Positions 56,516 to 64,000 of a DNA stretch of 64,000 nucleotides are shown piece after piece (positions within the stretch are counted from its first letter, which is position 1; each line of letters starts with the position of its first letter). The position numbers and the translations under genes were made by a program. The stretch lies in the IMG/VR virus record IMGVR_UViG_3300041405_000130, one strand, 5' to 3'. A model generated the notes under the pieces. It saw only the letters and a program-made list of their open reading frames with translations, made no database searches and was not told the origin of the DNA. This stretch comes from a virus. Its lineage: Duplodnaviria > Heunggongvirae > Uroviricota > Caudoviricetes.

Positions 56516-58654
56516 TCAAGCAGCGTAACGAATTTCAGAGTCTGGTTTGTAGCGCAAACGCAAGCCGCGACATTCCAGCAAATGGTTCAGCAATGCAACT
56601 GGACGGGAGTTACCGAATGGAATTACCTTACGGTCAACTGCTCGTGGGATGTTCGTTGGTTTCTCAGCCGTCATGATAGAGTTAACTACCGCGATGTGAG
56701 CTTGAGGGTTGTTCGTTTGATCGATCAGTTCGTTAGTTGGCTCTGGTCCTACAACAGAGTTATACGAACGGGTTTCGGATTCACCACAGGAACGAATTGC
56801 AGTCTCTCGACCTGGGGTAGATGCACGGTCCGAGTTGTTCAGCTTCGAAGGCAACCCGAATGGCTGTGTCTTAACAGATGCAACAGCAGACCAATCTTCA
56901 CCAATCTTTTCCAGAAGCATGATGTACAGATAACCCGACAGGATATTATCCTTGGTGGTTACGATACGACCAGCTTGGTCACGATAAGTCATCGGACCGA
57001 AGTTCGGACAGAACCGGGAATTGATTACTTTGTTTACAGCTTCCATCAAGCTTACTTGATCTGTTACCGGGGTGAACAAGTAATACTGATCACGGAGAAC
57101 GTGGAATACGTGTTGATACGGATCTGGGTTTTCCAACAGGATTGGAGGCATCGATGGAGCTACGATTTCATAGAACTCGATGAGCTCATTGAATGCATAG
57201 TCTACCCAAGCTTTATCCGACAGCGCTACTTTGAGAGCTGCTTCAGTTGGAGTCTCATGACGATCCAAACCTTTCTCTACACGCAGACGTTGTACCAGGT
57301 CACGAGCTGCAGCGCCAAGGCCTTGCTCATACAGACGACCATAGTTCGATCGACGCATGGTAGAACCACCGAAGATCACTACGTCAGCACGGTTACCCCA
57401 CTGATCCACAGGCATATCTTGCCATGGCTTTGTTTCACAGACTACGCCTTTACCGCCGTGCCAGTCAGTTGCTTTATAAGCACCGCCAGGCATTTTAATA
57501 GCTTCGTATGTGATACTTACACGCCATTCATCCAACGGCTCCAGACGATACATCCGACTGAGCTTCCGCTGATCTTGTTTGACCGGCAGATGGATTTGTG
57601 CTTCTACCACGAGTTGGTGTAGGGCTGGGCTTACGCGCAGCTGATCTTTCCACCGACCATACAGAGTCTGATAGACTTTGAGGATCTCTCGATAATAGTT
57701 CGACAGGGCTGTGTGATATTTGATGAGCTGTCCATCCATGCCGAGCGGCGTATGGGATGGGTTTACCCGATCGTCACGATAGATGTTGATGTCAACTACA
57801 GTCGCACCTGGGATACCGATTGTAGCCCGATCGAATGTTCGGTCGAGTGTCATCAGTGCTCTTGTCGTCATGTCTGCAGGAGACAGGTCTGGATCAAGAT
57901 CCCGTAGAGCGAACACCACACCATCAGGGCGAATCTTCTCACCGATATCTGGGAATGGTTTGTAGTGATTCTCATCACCATACATGTTCAGGAAGAACGC
58001 CTTACGACCAGCGTTACCAATTGCATCGTTGTAGATTCGAGGACTGAGTTTCTCCAGTGCAGTATCGGAGAAGATAAATCCGTCTTCGATGGTACCGGGC
58101 ATGGACATGAACACAGCATTCATATTCACACCACCGCCCCACATTCCGTCTTGACGAACGGCGCGGGTCTGTGCGATGATAGTACCTTTAGGGAACATTT
58201 GGCCTGGGACCAAGTTCTCCATTACCTTCTTATTCTTTTCGAGCTTGAAACCGAAGTCCTGGTGCATCGAACAGTAATCAGAGATATGCAGGACGTCTTT
58301 CGTCTTATGCTTATCGTAATAGTGTTCGAAGATGATGGTAGTCACCGGGTTACGTCGAATCGCAGAACCCATACCCGAGGTAGGATACTTACGAATAACG
58401 TTCAGGATTACACAGTCTACTGGGAACTTCACGTCAAACGTGTATTCACCAAACTGCATTTCCATACCGGCCTGGAATCGGCGAGGTTCACAACCTTCAG
58501 ACTCTGGCGATTGACCAATGTGCGATAGGAACATCGCACCACGTGCAGACGATGTCGTTCCATAAAACGGATCGAGACACGCATTGCCCAATAGCGTTTC
58601 ATCAATATTGCGGGTGCGCAATTTTTGTTGGTACTGTTCAGAGACTTGATGCAA
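56516..58654 (-). CDS. Non-virion RNA polymerase beta-like C-terminal subunit (phiKZ gp71-73-like), uninterrupted
   Basis: SSARGAM, IEDG, KATDWHGGKGVV, RRSNYG, GESE. Confidence 0.9.
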   Translation of the reverse strand: MHQVSEQYQQKLRTRNIDETLLGNACLDPFYGTTSSARGAMFLSHIGQSPESEGCEPRRFQAGMEMQFGEYTFDVKFPVDCVILNVIRKYPTSGMGSAIRRNPVTTIIFEHYYDKHKTKDVLHISDYCSMHQDFGFKLEKNKKVMENLVPGQMFPKGTIIAQTRAVRQDGMWGGGVNMNAVFMSMPGTIEDGFIFSDTALEKLSPRIYNDAIGNAGRKAFFLNMYGDENHYKPFPDIGEKIRPDGVVFALRDLDPDLSPADMTTRALMTLDRTFDRATIGIPGATVVDINIYRDDRVNPSHTPLGMDGQLIKYHTALSNYYREILKVYQTLYGRWKDQLRVSPALHQLVVEAQIHLPVKQDQRKLSRMYRLEPLDEWRVSITYEAIKMPGGAYKATDWHGGKGVVCETKPWQDMPVDQWGNRADVVIFGGSTMRRSNYGRLYEQGLGAAARDLVQRLRVEKGLDRHETPTEAALKVALSDKAWVDYAFNELIEFYEIVAPSMPPILLENPDPYQHVFHVLRDQYYLFTPVTDQVSLMEAVNKVINSRFCPNFGPMTYRDQAGRIVTTKDNILSGYLYIMLLEKIGEDWSAVASVKTQPFGLPSKLNNSDRASTPGRETAIRSCGESETRSYNSVVGPEPTNELIDQTNNPQAHIAVVNSIMTAEKPTNIPRAVDRKVIPFGNSRPVALLNHLLECRGLRLRYKPDSEIRYAA

Positions 58655-58680
58655 GTTGGCACTACTCCTTTTTGGTTTAC

Positions 58681-58715
58681 CAATCTTGTGATATAGATTT
58701 CAAATCCAATGCAAT
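58681..58715 (-). promoter_or_regulatory. Early promoter variant for nvRNAP genes
   Basis: GTGATATAG at 58688-58696 upstream of AGGAG RBS. Confidence 0.6.
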
Positions 58716-58727
58716 AGGACTCATTAC

Positions 58728-59093
58728 ATGGCTTTTACAATCTTCAACAAAATGGCTAAACCAGGCGATGACATTTATTACGACCCGGACTTCCGATTAG
58801 TATTAGAGACGCATCTCAATTTGCTAATCGGTAATGCTGCCGCACGGGACGATATCCCGCTAGATCTGTTCTATCAATACGAAGGTGACTTCTATGGTTT
58901 CCTGACAGAGAAGAACGTTCCACCAGAATACCACTTTATTCATTTGCGAATGAATGGGATGACTAATCCGAATCAGTTCGCGAAAGAGATGCGTGATCCA
59001 TCCAACCCATTAGTCCGACCAGTTTGGGTACGACCAAACCAAAATCAGATCGATGGGATCGTTCGGCTCTATATGAGCAGAAAATTTAAATGA
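58728..59093 (+). CDS. Small virion protein, LysM-like (T4 gp53/P2 gpX-type) candidate
   Basis: YEGDFYGFL...YHFIHLRMNGMTNP pattern; AGGA RBS. Confidence 0.55.
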   Translation: MAFTIFNKMAKPGDDIYYDPDFRLVLETHLNLLIGNAAARDDIPLDLFYQYEGDFYGFLTEKNVPPEYHFIHLRMNGMTNPNQFAKEMRDPSNPLVRPVWVRPNQNQIDGIVRLYMSRKFK

Positions 59094-59125
59094 ATACTGG
59101 GAGCCCGAAGGCTCCCAATATGTCG
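59090..59125. terminator. Bidirectional hairpin-TATG element
   Basis: TGGGAGCC-CGAA-GGCTCCCA-ATATGTCG at convergent junction. Confidence 0.7.
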
Positions 59126-60541
59126 TTACAGTCCGTTAGAACCGTATTGTGGATACTGCTGTTGTTGCTGAGGCATTTGCTGATATTGCTGGAACTGATT
59201 ACCGTAAGGAATCATTGGTTGCTGTTGCTGTGGTTGTTGGAACACCTGCATGTACGGGTTCTGTGGCATCATTTGTTGCTGTTGCTGTTGAACCCACGGC
59301 AGTTGTACCTGACCGTTCTGTTGCATTTGAGGCATCATCGGCTGCTGAACGATCTGACCGTATTGGTTGACCATTTGCTGCGGAGGATATTGCATCATCT
59401 GCGGTTGCTGATACATCGGCTGTTGCATCATCTGTGGCATTTGCGGCTGAGTACCAGCCAGCAGTTGTGCTACAGTTTGCTTTGGCTTCTGGTTCTGAGG
59501 TGCGGAAGCAGAGGCTGGGCGAGATGCTTGTGGAGCAGTCGATTGCTGATGCGAGAACATGCTTGCGATCTGTGGCATGTTGTTAGCCAGTTGTGGCTGA
59601 ACAGTTTGCTGACGCTGAGCTTGTTGTTGCGGAGCAGCTGGAGTCGTTTGTGCATCTGCATCAACTTCATCAGTACCACCATCATTGCCGTTAAGCGATG
59701 GAATCTGATTGTAGATGTTCGGGAACTCATCGATCCATTCCAGAGGGAACAGAGCGATTGGTTTCAGTGGCAGAGCCAGAGGACCAGCGTAACGATTGAT
59801 CGATTGATTCATGCGGGTGGCGATCTTGTGATACGCTTGCAGGAACGCTGTGAAGAATGGAGCTACTCGGCTAACAGTACCAGCCGAATATTCTTCAGGG
59901 CTATCACCAAACGGAACGATCAGACGCAGCAGGTTAGAGATAACCTTACGCTGTTTCTTTGGCACCTTAACACCGAGGACCATGTCCTTATCGGCATCAT
60001 TGTCCAGCTCATCCAGAATAGGGAAGCGGATTACAGCGACACGGTTTACTTTCTGGCCTTGGAATGTACCAGGACCTTTCAGATAAACAGTAACCAACTT
60101 GTTTTGTTTGTGTGCAGCAGGGATCAGCTTATCCAGAATACTCTGGGTTTTGTCAGTAACGTCGGTGAGCTTCATCAGCACATCGGACATTTCTGGCGGC
60201 AGATCTTTGTGGATAGCAGTGTCCAGAGACATCTTGACCAAAGCATCGGACAAGAACGACAGCAGGAAACCCAGGTGTTGCTTAACGCTGCGTTGCATGT
60301 GCTGCAGAACTGGAGACGTACCGCGGCGAGACAAGCTCTCGCACAGCGGGTGATATGGTTGCAGGTCTTCCGTGAAGCCGTCACGCAGACGCTTCTGAGT
60401 CGGAACTACCAAACGCGCACCATTCACTTTGGCTTCAGCTTTGGTCCCTGTTGGGGTGATGATACTCACCAGTCCTGTTTCATCCACGTCATACTGCATG
60501 GATGTCAGGATACCTTCATAGACCTTCGAAAGAGATAGCAT
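59126..60541 (-). CDS. Chimallivirus core protein, phiKZ gp70-like, with Q/P/M-rich C-terminal low-complexity region
   Basis: Synteny; about 170-aa Q-rich tail. Confidence 0.7.
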   Translation of the reverse strand: MLSLSKVYEGILTSMQYDVDETGLVSIITPTGTKAEAKVNGARLVVPTQKRLRDGFTEDLQPYHPLCESLSRRGTSPVLQHMQRSVKQHLGFLLSFLSDALVKMSLDTAIHKDLPPEMSDVLMKLTDVTDKTQSILDKLIPAAHKQNKLVTVYLKGPGTFQGQKVNRVAVIRFPILDELDNDADKDMVLGVKVPKKQRKVISNLLRLIVPFGDSPEEYSAGTVSRVAPFFTAFLQAYHKIATRMNQSINRYAGPLALPLKPIALFPLEWIDEFPNIYNQIPSLNGNDGGTDEVDADAQTTPAAPQQQAQRQQTVQPQLANNMPQIASMFSHQQSTAPQASRPASASAPQNQKPKQTVAQLLAGTQPQMPQMMQQPMYQQPQMMQYPPQQMVNQYGQIVQQPMMPQMQQNGQVQLPWVQQQQQQMMPQNPYMQVFQQPQQQQPMIPYGNQFQQYQQMPQQQQQYPQYGSNGL

Positions 60542-62189
60542 TCAGTGCACCTTGTTGAATCGGAGACGGGTTGTATTGAGCAGCTGGCAGGGATGGATGC
60601 ATGTACGGAGTAACCATGTACGCATCGTGTTGTGGAACGCCTTGTTGCATTGCTTGCAGCGCAGATGCCTTCGGTGCATTCGGAACAACTTCCGATACCA
60701 GGTAAAGCATGTCGTTTGCGATCTTGTTGGCTTTCGCCGCATCGCGAGTGATGACCGGTGCAAACAGGCCATCAGTGAACGTAGGTGCAACGAACCGAAC
60801 AACCGATTCACCATTCAGGCTGATATCGATTACGGAGTCACCAGCCAAGTCCGAAGACATGGATAGCTGGAAAGCCATTTGGTTGTTGAACGAGATGGTG
60901 TTCAAGCAATCTGTTGCCAGACGACGCTCAAACTCGATCAGATACATCCGCATGTCTACGCCTTCCATGATAGACTTAACGCCTTCACCATGGAACTCGA
61001 ACTGATACGTGCCAGGCTGTGGACCATTGGTTACAGCAAAGCTTACGTGTCGCAGGAATGTATCCATCATCAACGATGGGATGGTTTGTGCCAGAGTCGA
61101 GGCTGCGATCGAAGTAGCGTCAGCACCATGGAAGTGGTTAGACGATTCAGCGAAGTTAACCTTACGCATCGATTGGCCATTATCCATAGCCCATTGTGCG
61201 CAACCGTGTTGTTGTACCAACTCAGGGAACAACGCACACAGCTCACCCCAGGTAACATACCCACGTTCCATGTAGTTTGCACGTTCCTTCAGGATAGCCA
61301 GGAATGTGTTGGTATGGATGTTCTGGTTTGCAGCGAACGATTGAGCTTCACCGTAGAGATGCTCTTTCGAGTTTGCAGCGGTTTGACCGTATTGATCATC
61401 ACCCAGCATGTCAGCTTCACGTACCGAATGCTGAAATGCACTCAGTGTGTTCGACACATAACGCACAGGCGAAGTGTCTTGACGATGCGAATATTGATAA
61501 GCACCACATTCACCTACCATGGTGCGATGGTCATGCATGCGGTTGATGGTACCCTGGAAGCGACCAGAGTTTTGCAGACGTTCACAGATAGCCGAAGTCT
61601 GACCGATCGAGAAGATATCTTCAGGACGAATCAGGTGAGACGATGCTGCGGAGAACAGACCATTACCACCAGCCATCATATCCACTGGAGTAACGATTTG
61701 GTTTGCCGATACTACTTTGGCAAACTTCTGCAGGCCCATCGGAGTATTCTTCACGGATTCTGCGATCACAGTTTCCGAGTTGAAGTACACGCGCATTTGT
61801 GGATCGAGTCGATCAGTATAACTTACGTCACACTGGTCAGTATAGATGAAGAAGATACGCTGCGTTGCTGTGCCTTTCATCAGCGGGTGCTCTTCGTGCA
61901 CACGGACGAAACCACGGAAACGACGCGAACGCCAACCATCACCGCAAATCCCGATAACGCCTTCGGTCATTGCTGCTGGCTGAACGATAGTACCGGCAAT
62001 GTCTTGCACTGCCGAAACGCCCAGGTTCATACCACCACGAGTAACGTTCTGCAATTGGTTGATTGCATCATTCGAAACGTTCATGTGGAACGGGCGGAGG
62101 TGTTGCTCTTGATAAGTACCGGATTGAACCAGAACGAGATTACCGACACGGACGTTTGCATTACCCATACCGGACATGGCGTTGTACAT
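60516..62189 (-). CDS. picA: Phage-nucleus protein importer PicA/Imp1-like (phiKZ gp69-like)
   Basis: Position immediately after gp68-like gene and size; assigned mainly by synteny. Confidence 0.65.
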   Translation of the reverse strand: MYNAMSGMGNANVRVGNLVLVQSGTYQEQHLRPFHMNVSNDAINQLQNVTRGGMNLGVSAVQDIAGTIVQPAAMTEGVIGICGDGWRSRRFRGFVRVHEEHPLMKGTATQRIFFIYTDQCDVSYTDRLDPQMRVYFNSETVIAESVKNTPMGLQKFAKVVSANQIVTPVDMMAGGNGLFSAASSHLIRPEDIFSIGQTSAICERLQNSGRFQGTINRMHDHRTMVGECGAYQYSHRQDTSPVRYVSNTLSAFQHSVREADMLGDDQYGQTAANSKEHLYGEAQSFAANQNIHTNTFLAILKERANYMERGYVTWGELCALFPELVQQHGCAQWAMDNGQSMRKVNFAESSNHFHGADATSIAASTLAQTIPSLMMDTFLRHVSFAVTNGPQPGTYQFEFHGEGVKSIMEGVDMRMYLIEFERRLATDCLNTISFNNQMAFQLSMSSDLAGDSVIDISLNGESVVRFVAPTFTDGLFAPVITRDAAKANKIANDMLYLVSEVVPNAPKASALQAMQQGVPQHDAYMVTPYMHPSLPAAQYNPSPIQQGALNAISFEGL

Positions 62190-62204
62190 TGAACTACCTC
62201 TTAC

Positions 62205-63779
62205 TTACTTGTTGATACGACCTAGGTGCAGAACGAGTTCTGTCAGTGTTGCTTTGATTGTCTGCGGGATAACCAGGATATTGTTGCTAGTCGGTTGACC
62301 GGCTTCTTTATACAGTTCATCCGGGCCGCGATAGATCCAGTTAGAAGCATGGATAGATGCGGTGGCAGTGCTGATCGCAGTTGCTGCCATGTTTTCAATG
62401 CGCATCGGTACGCCAGCATTGGTATACTGAGGTGCCTTTTGGTGAGGGAACAGTTCATTCAGTTCGTCTTTATAACGATTCGGAATGCGACTGTTAGTAC
62501 GGGTAGAGCCCAGTTGGAACTGAGAACCCGATTCACCTTGTTTGAGCAATTCGACTTGTTGGAATACCGCGATGTCCAAGAAGCCCCAATGCCACAACAG
62601 TGCTTGAGTCGTAGCCAGCATGTTGTTCGTAGCCATCTTGTTAGTATGGTAGAACGCTTTTGCTGGGAACGCTGGAGCCATTACCCACTGGGCAATTTTG
62701 ACTTGATGTGGATTGATTGCTACGTTTGATACGTTCTTGATTGCATCCACACAAAGCTTGAGCTTCTTCAGGCAAACCGTTGGGTCCACTCGTTGAGCCA
62801 GCTTCACGTGATCGTAGGTATCCAGGTTGAATGCTTCAATGTCGCCTGGGGGTACACGATGTTTGGTTTTGTGAGCTTCGAGGAATGAAGTCTTTTCGTC
62901 TTCATCGCCACCAGACTCTGGTTTCTTTTCGTTGACGCGTTCAGCAGTGGTGCGCTCGTTTGGATTGATGATGCTACGAACATACCGATAAGCGTTTGCT
63001 ACGATGGAGAACGAAGTGATATCGTCCAGTGGTACAATCGTCAGACGACGAACCAACACCTTAGACCGCAAGTGTACTGGAACTTCTACCGATGACATCC
63101 CACGCCACAATCTACCCAGTGTGGTCGGTTCATCTTCCACACAGAACTGTACATAACCAGCCAGCTTATCGAATGCCGTGTCAACTTCCTCACCATGAGG
63201 GCCGACTTCATTCAATGGCCAGTTCGCTACTTCACAGTCATGCAACAGACCCAACACTTCCGTTTCTTTGTTATGGTCGTACTCGGAACTGCTTTCGAGA
63301 TACTCACCAAAGACCGGGATCATCGGACGGATAGCCAACGAGACAGTAGCCAAGTTGATATATTCGTGTTCGAGATATGTTTGATCTTTCTTGTTGTAAC
63401 GCGATTCCGCCGTGATGACTCGTTCGATCTCAACTGGGATAAACAAGTTACCCATAGTCGACAGCCAGCGACGCATGCCATTCATTGGCATGTGCGTATA
63501 CATCTCACGAATGAAATGACGCAACGACATTGCTACACGAACAGTGTCCAAAGACATGTTCAAGATCTCATGGATTCGCTGATACGATTCCCAGATCTTC
63601 TGTTGCTTCTCAACTCCAATGAATTCCCAGTAGCTGTTGATCTCCTTAAAGACTCGTTGTTGATCCGCAAGTTTTACTTTGCAGTAGATCTTTGTTGTGA
63701 AGCTCAACTTCTGACCATTGTGTTCAGCGGTCACTTCAGTGAAGCCTGACCCCTGAATACCGGTCACCAGCAATTGCAT
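62205..63779 (-). CDS. nvRNAP promoter-specificity subunit (phiKZ gp68-like)
   Basis: 524 aa; position in the chmC-gp68-picA block; early promoter upstream. Confidence 0.7.
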   Translation of the reverse strand: MQLLVTGIQGSGFTEVTAEHNGQKLSFTTKIYCKVKLADQQRVFKEINSYWEFIGVEKQQKIWESYQRIHEILNMSLDTVRVAMSLRHFIREMYTHMPMNGMRRWLSTMGNLFIPVEIERVITAESRYNKKDQTYLEHEYINLATVSLAIRPMIPVFGEYLESSSEYDHNKETEVLGLLHDCEVANWPLNEVGPHGEEVDTAFDKLAGYVQFCVEDEPTTLGRLWRGMSSVEVPVHLRSKVLVRRLTIVPLDDITSFSIVANAYRYVRSIINPNERTTAERVNEKKPESGGDEDEKTSFLEAHKTKHRVPPGDIEAFNLDTYDHVKLAQRVDPTVCLKKLKLCVDAIKNVSNVAINPHQVKIAQWVMAPAFPAKAFYHTNKMATNNMLATTQALLWHWGFLDIAVFQQVELLKQGESGSQFQLGSTRTNSRIPNRYKDELNELFPHQKAPQYTNAGVPMRIENMAATAISTATASIHASNWIYRGPDELYKEAGQPTSNNILVIPQTIKATLTELVLHLGRINK

Positions 63780-63804
63780 AGGCCTTTCCTTTTACTTACG
63801 ACGC

Positions 63805-63837
63805 AAAACAGTAATATAGATCTGAGATTTTTTGCAG
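63805..63837 (-). promoter_or_regulatory. Early promoter (TATATTAC)
   Basis: GTAATATAG at 63811-63819. Confidence 0.65.
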
Positions 63838-63889
63838 TCCCACGATCGGGGCATAGAGCATCCTCAATCGAGGACGCCTTATACTTTTA

Positions 63890-64000
63890 TCAGAATGCCA
63901 TCACATCGCCAAAGCCACCATCATCGGCGAAACCAGAACTGCTTGCTTGACCACCGCCGGAGTTACCTCCGCGATTGTAGTTATTGCCGCCACCACCGTT
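63890..64000 (-). CDS. chmC: 3' end of ChmC-like RNA-binding protein (phiKZ gp67 position), partial
   Basis: Hand translation NGGGGNNYNRGGNSGGGQASSSGFADDGGFGDVMAF*; G/N-rich tail; synteny. Confidence 0.55.
   Translation of the reverse strand, partial: NGGGGNNYNRGGNSGGGQASSSGFADDGGFGDVMAF

Noticed and set aside
59090-62192. 482-aa and 437-aa plus-strand ORFs
   Set aside because: Antisense to conserved core genes; Leu-rich mirror of the Gln codons
1-64000. Alternative genetic code or stop-codon recoding
   Set aside because: Core genes are full length under code 11 and TAA, TGA and TAG all act as stops

Overview
This is a 64-kb segment of a phiKZ-like, nucleus-forming jumbo phage (Chimalliviridae; a Pseudomonas host is likely but not provable here), read mostly on the minus strand. 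From right to left the order matches my recollection of phiKZ gp67-gp101. It begins with a ChmC-like tail (partial), a gp68-like nvRNAP subunit, a PicA/Imp1-like protein, a gp70-like protein with a Q-rich tail, nvRNAP beta-C and beta'-C subunits and an SF2 helicase. Next come a small membrane-protein islet, putative hub-assembly chaperones, the virion RNAP beta'-C subunit, a degenerate double GIY-YIG nuclease and the N-half of a split PolB. A large virion block follows (baseplate, paralogous inner-head/ejection proteins with S/A/G-x-E cleavage motifs, neck/hub). Positions 1-12.1 kb form an accessory early region. It holds dense arrays of paralogous membrane microproteins (several missed by the ORF track) behind repeated CTATAT(T/C)AC early promoters, plus an HD alarmone hydrolase and a macrodomain. 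The main leads are candidate anti-defence proteins (Gp49/Acb4-like sponge, macrodomain plus NADAR-like pair, SAH), hairpin-embedded early promoters, CATA/TATG-flanked palindromic terminators, two pseudoknot-like leaders and an insertion in the polymerase. All homology calls are from motif recognition and remembered synteny, not database searches. No tRNA, rRNA or CRISPR array was seen.
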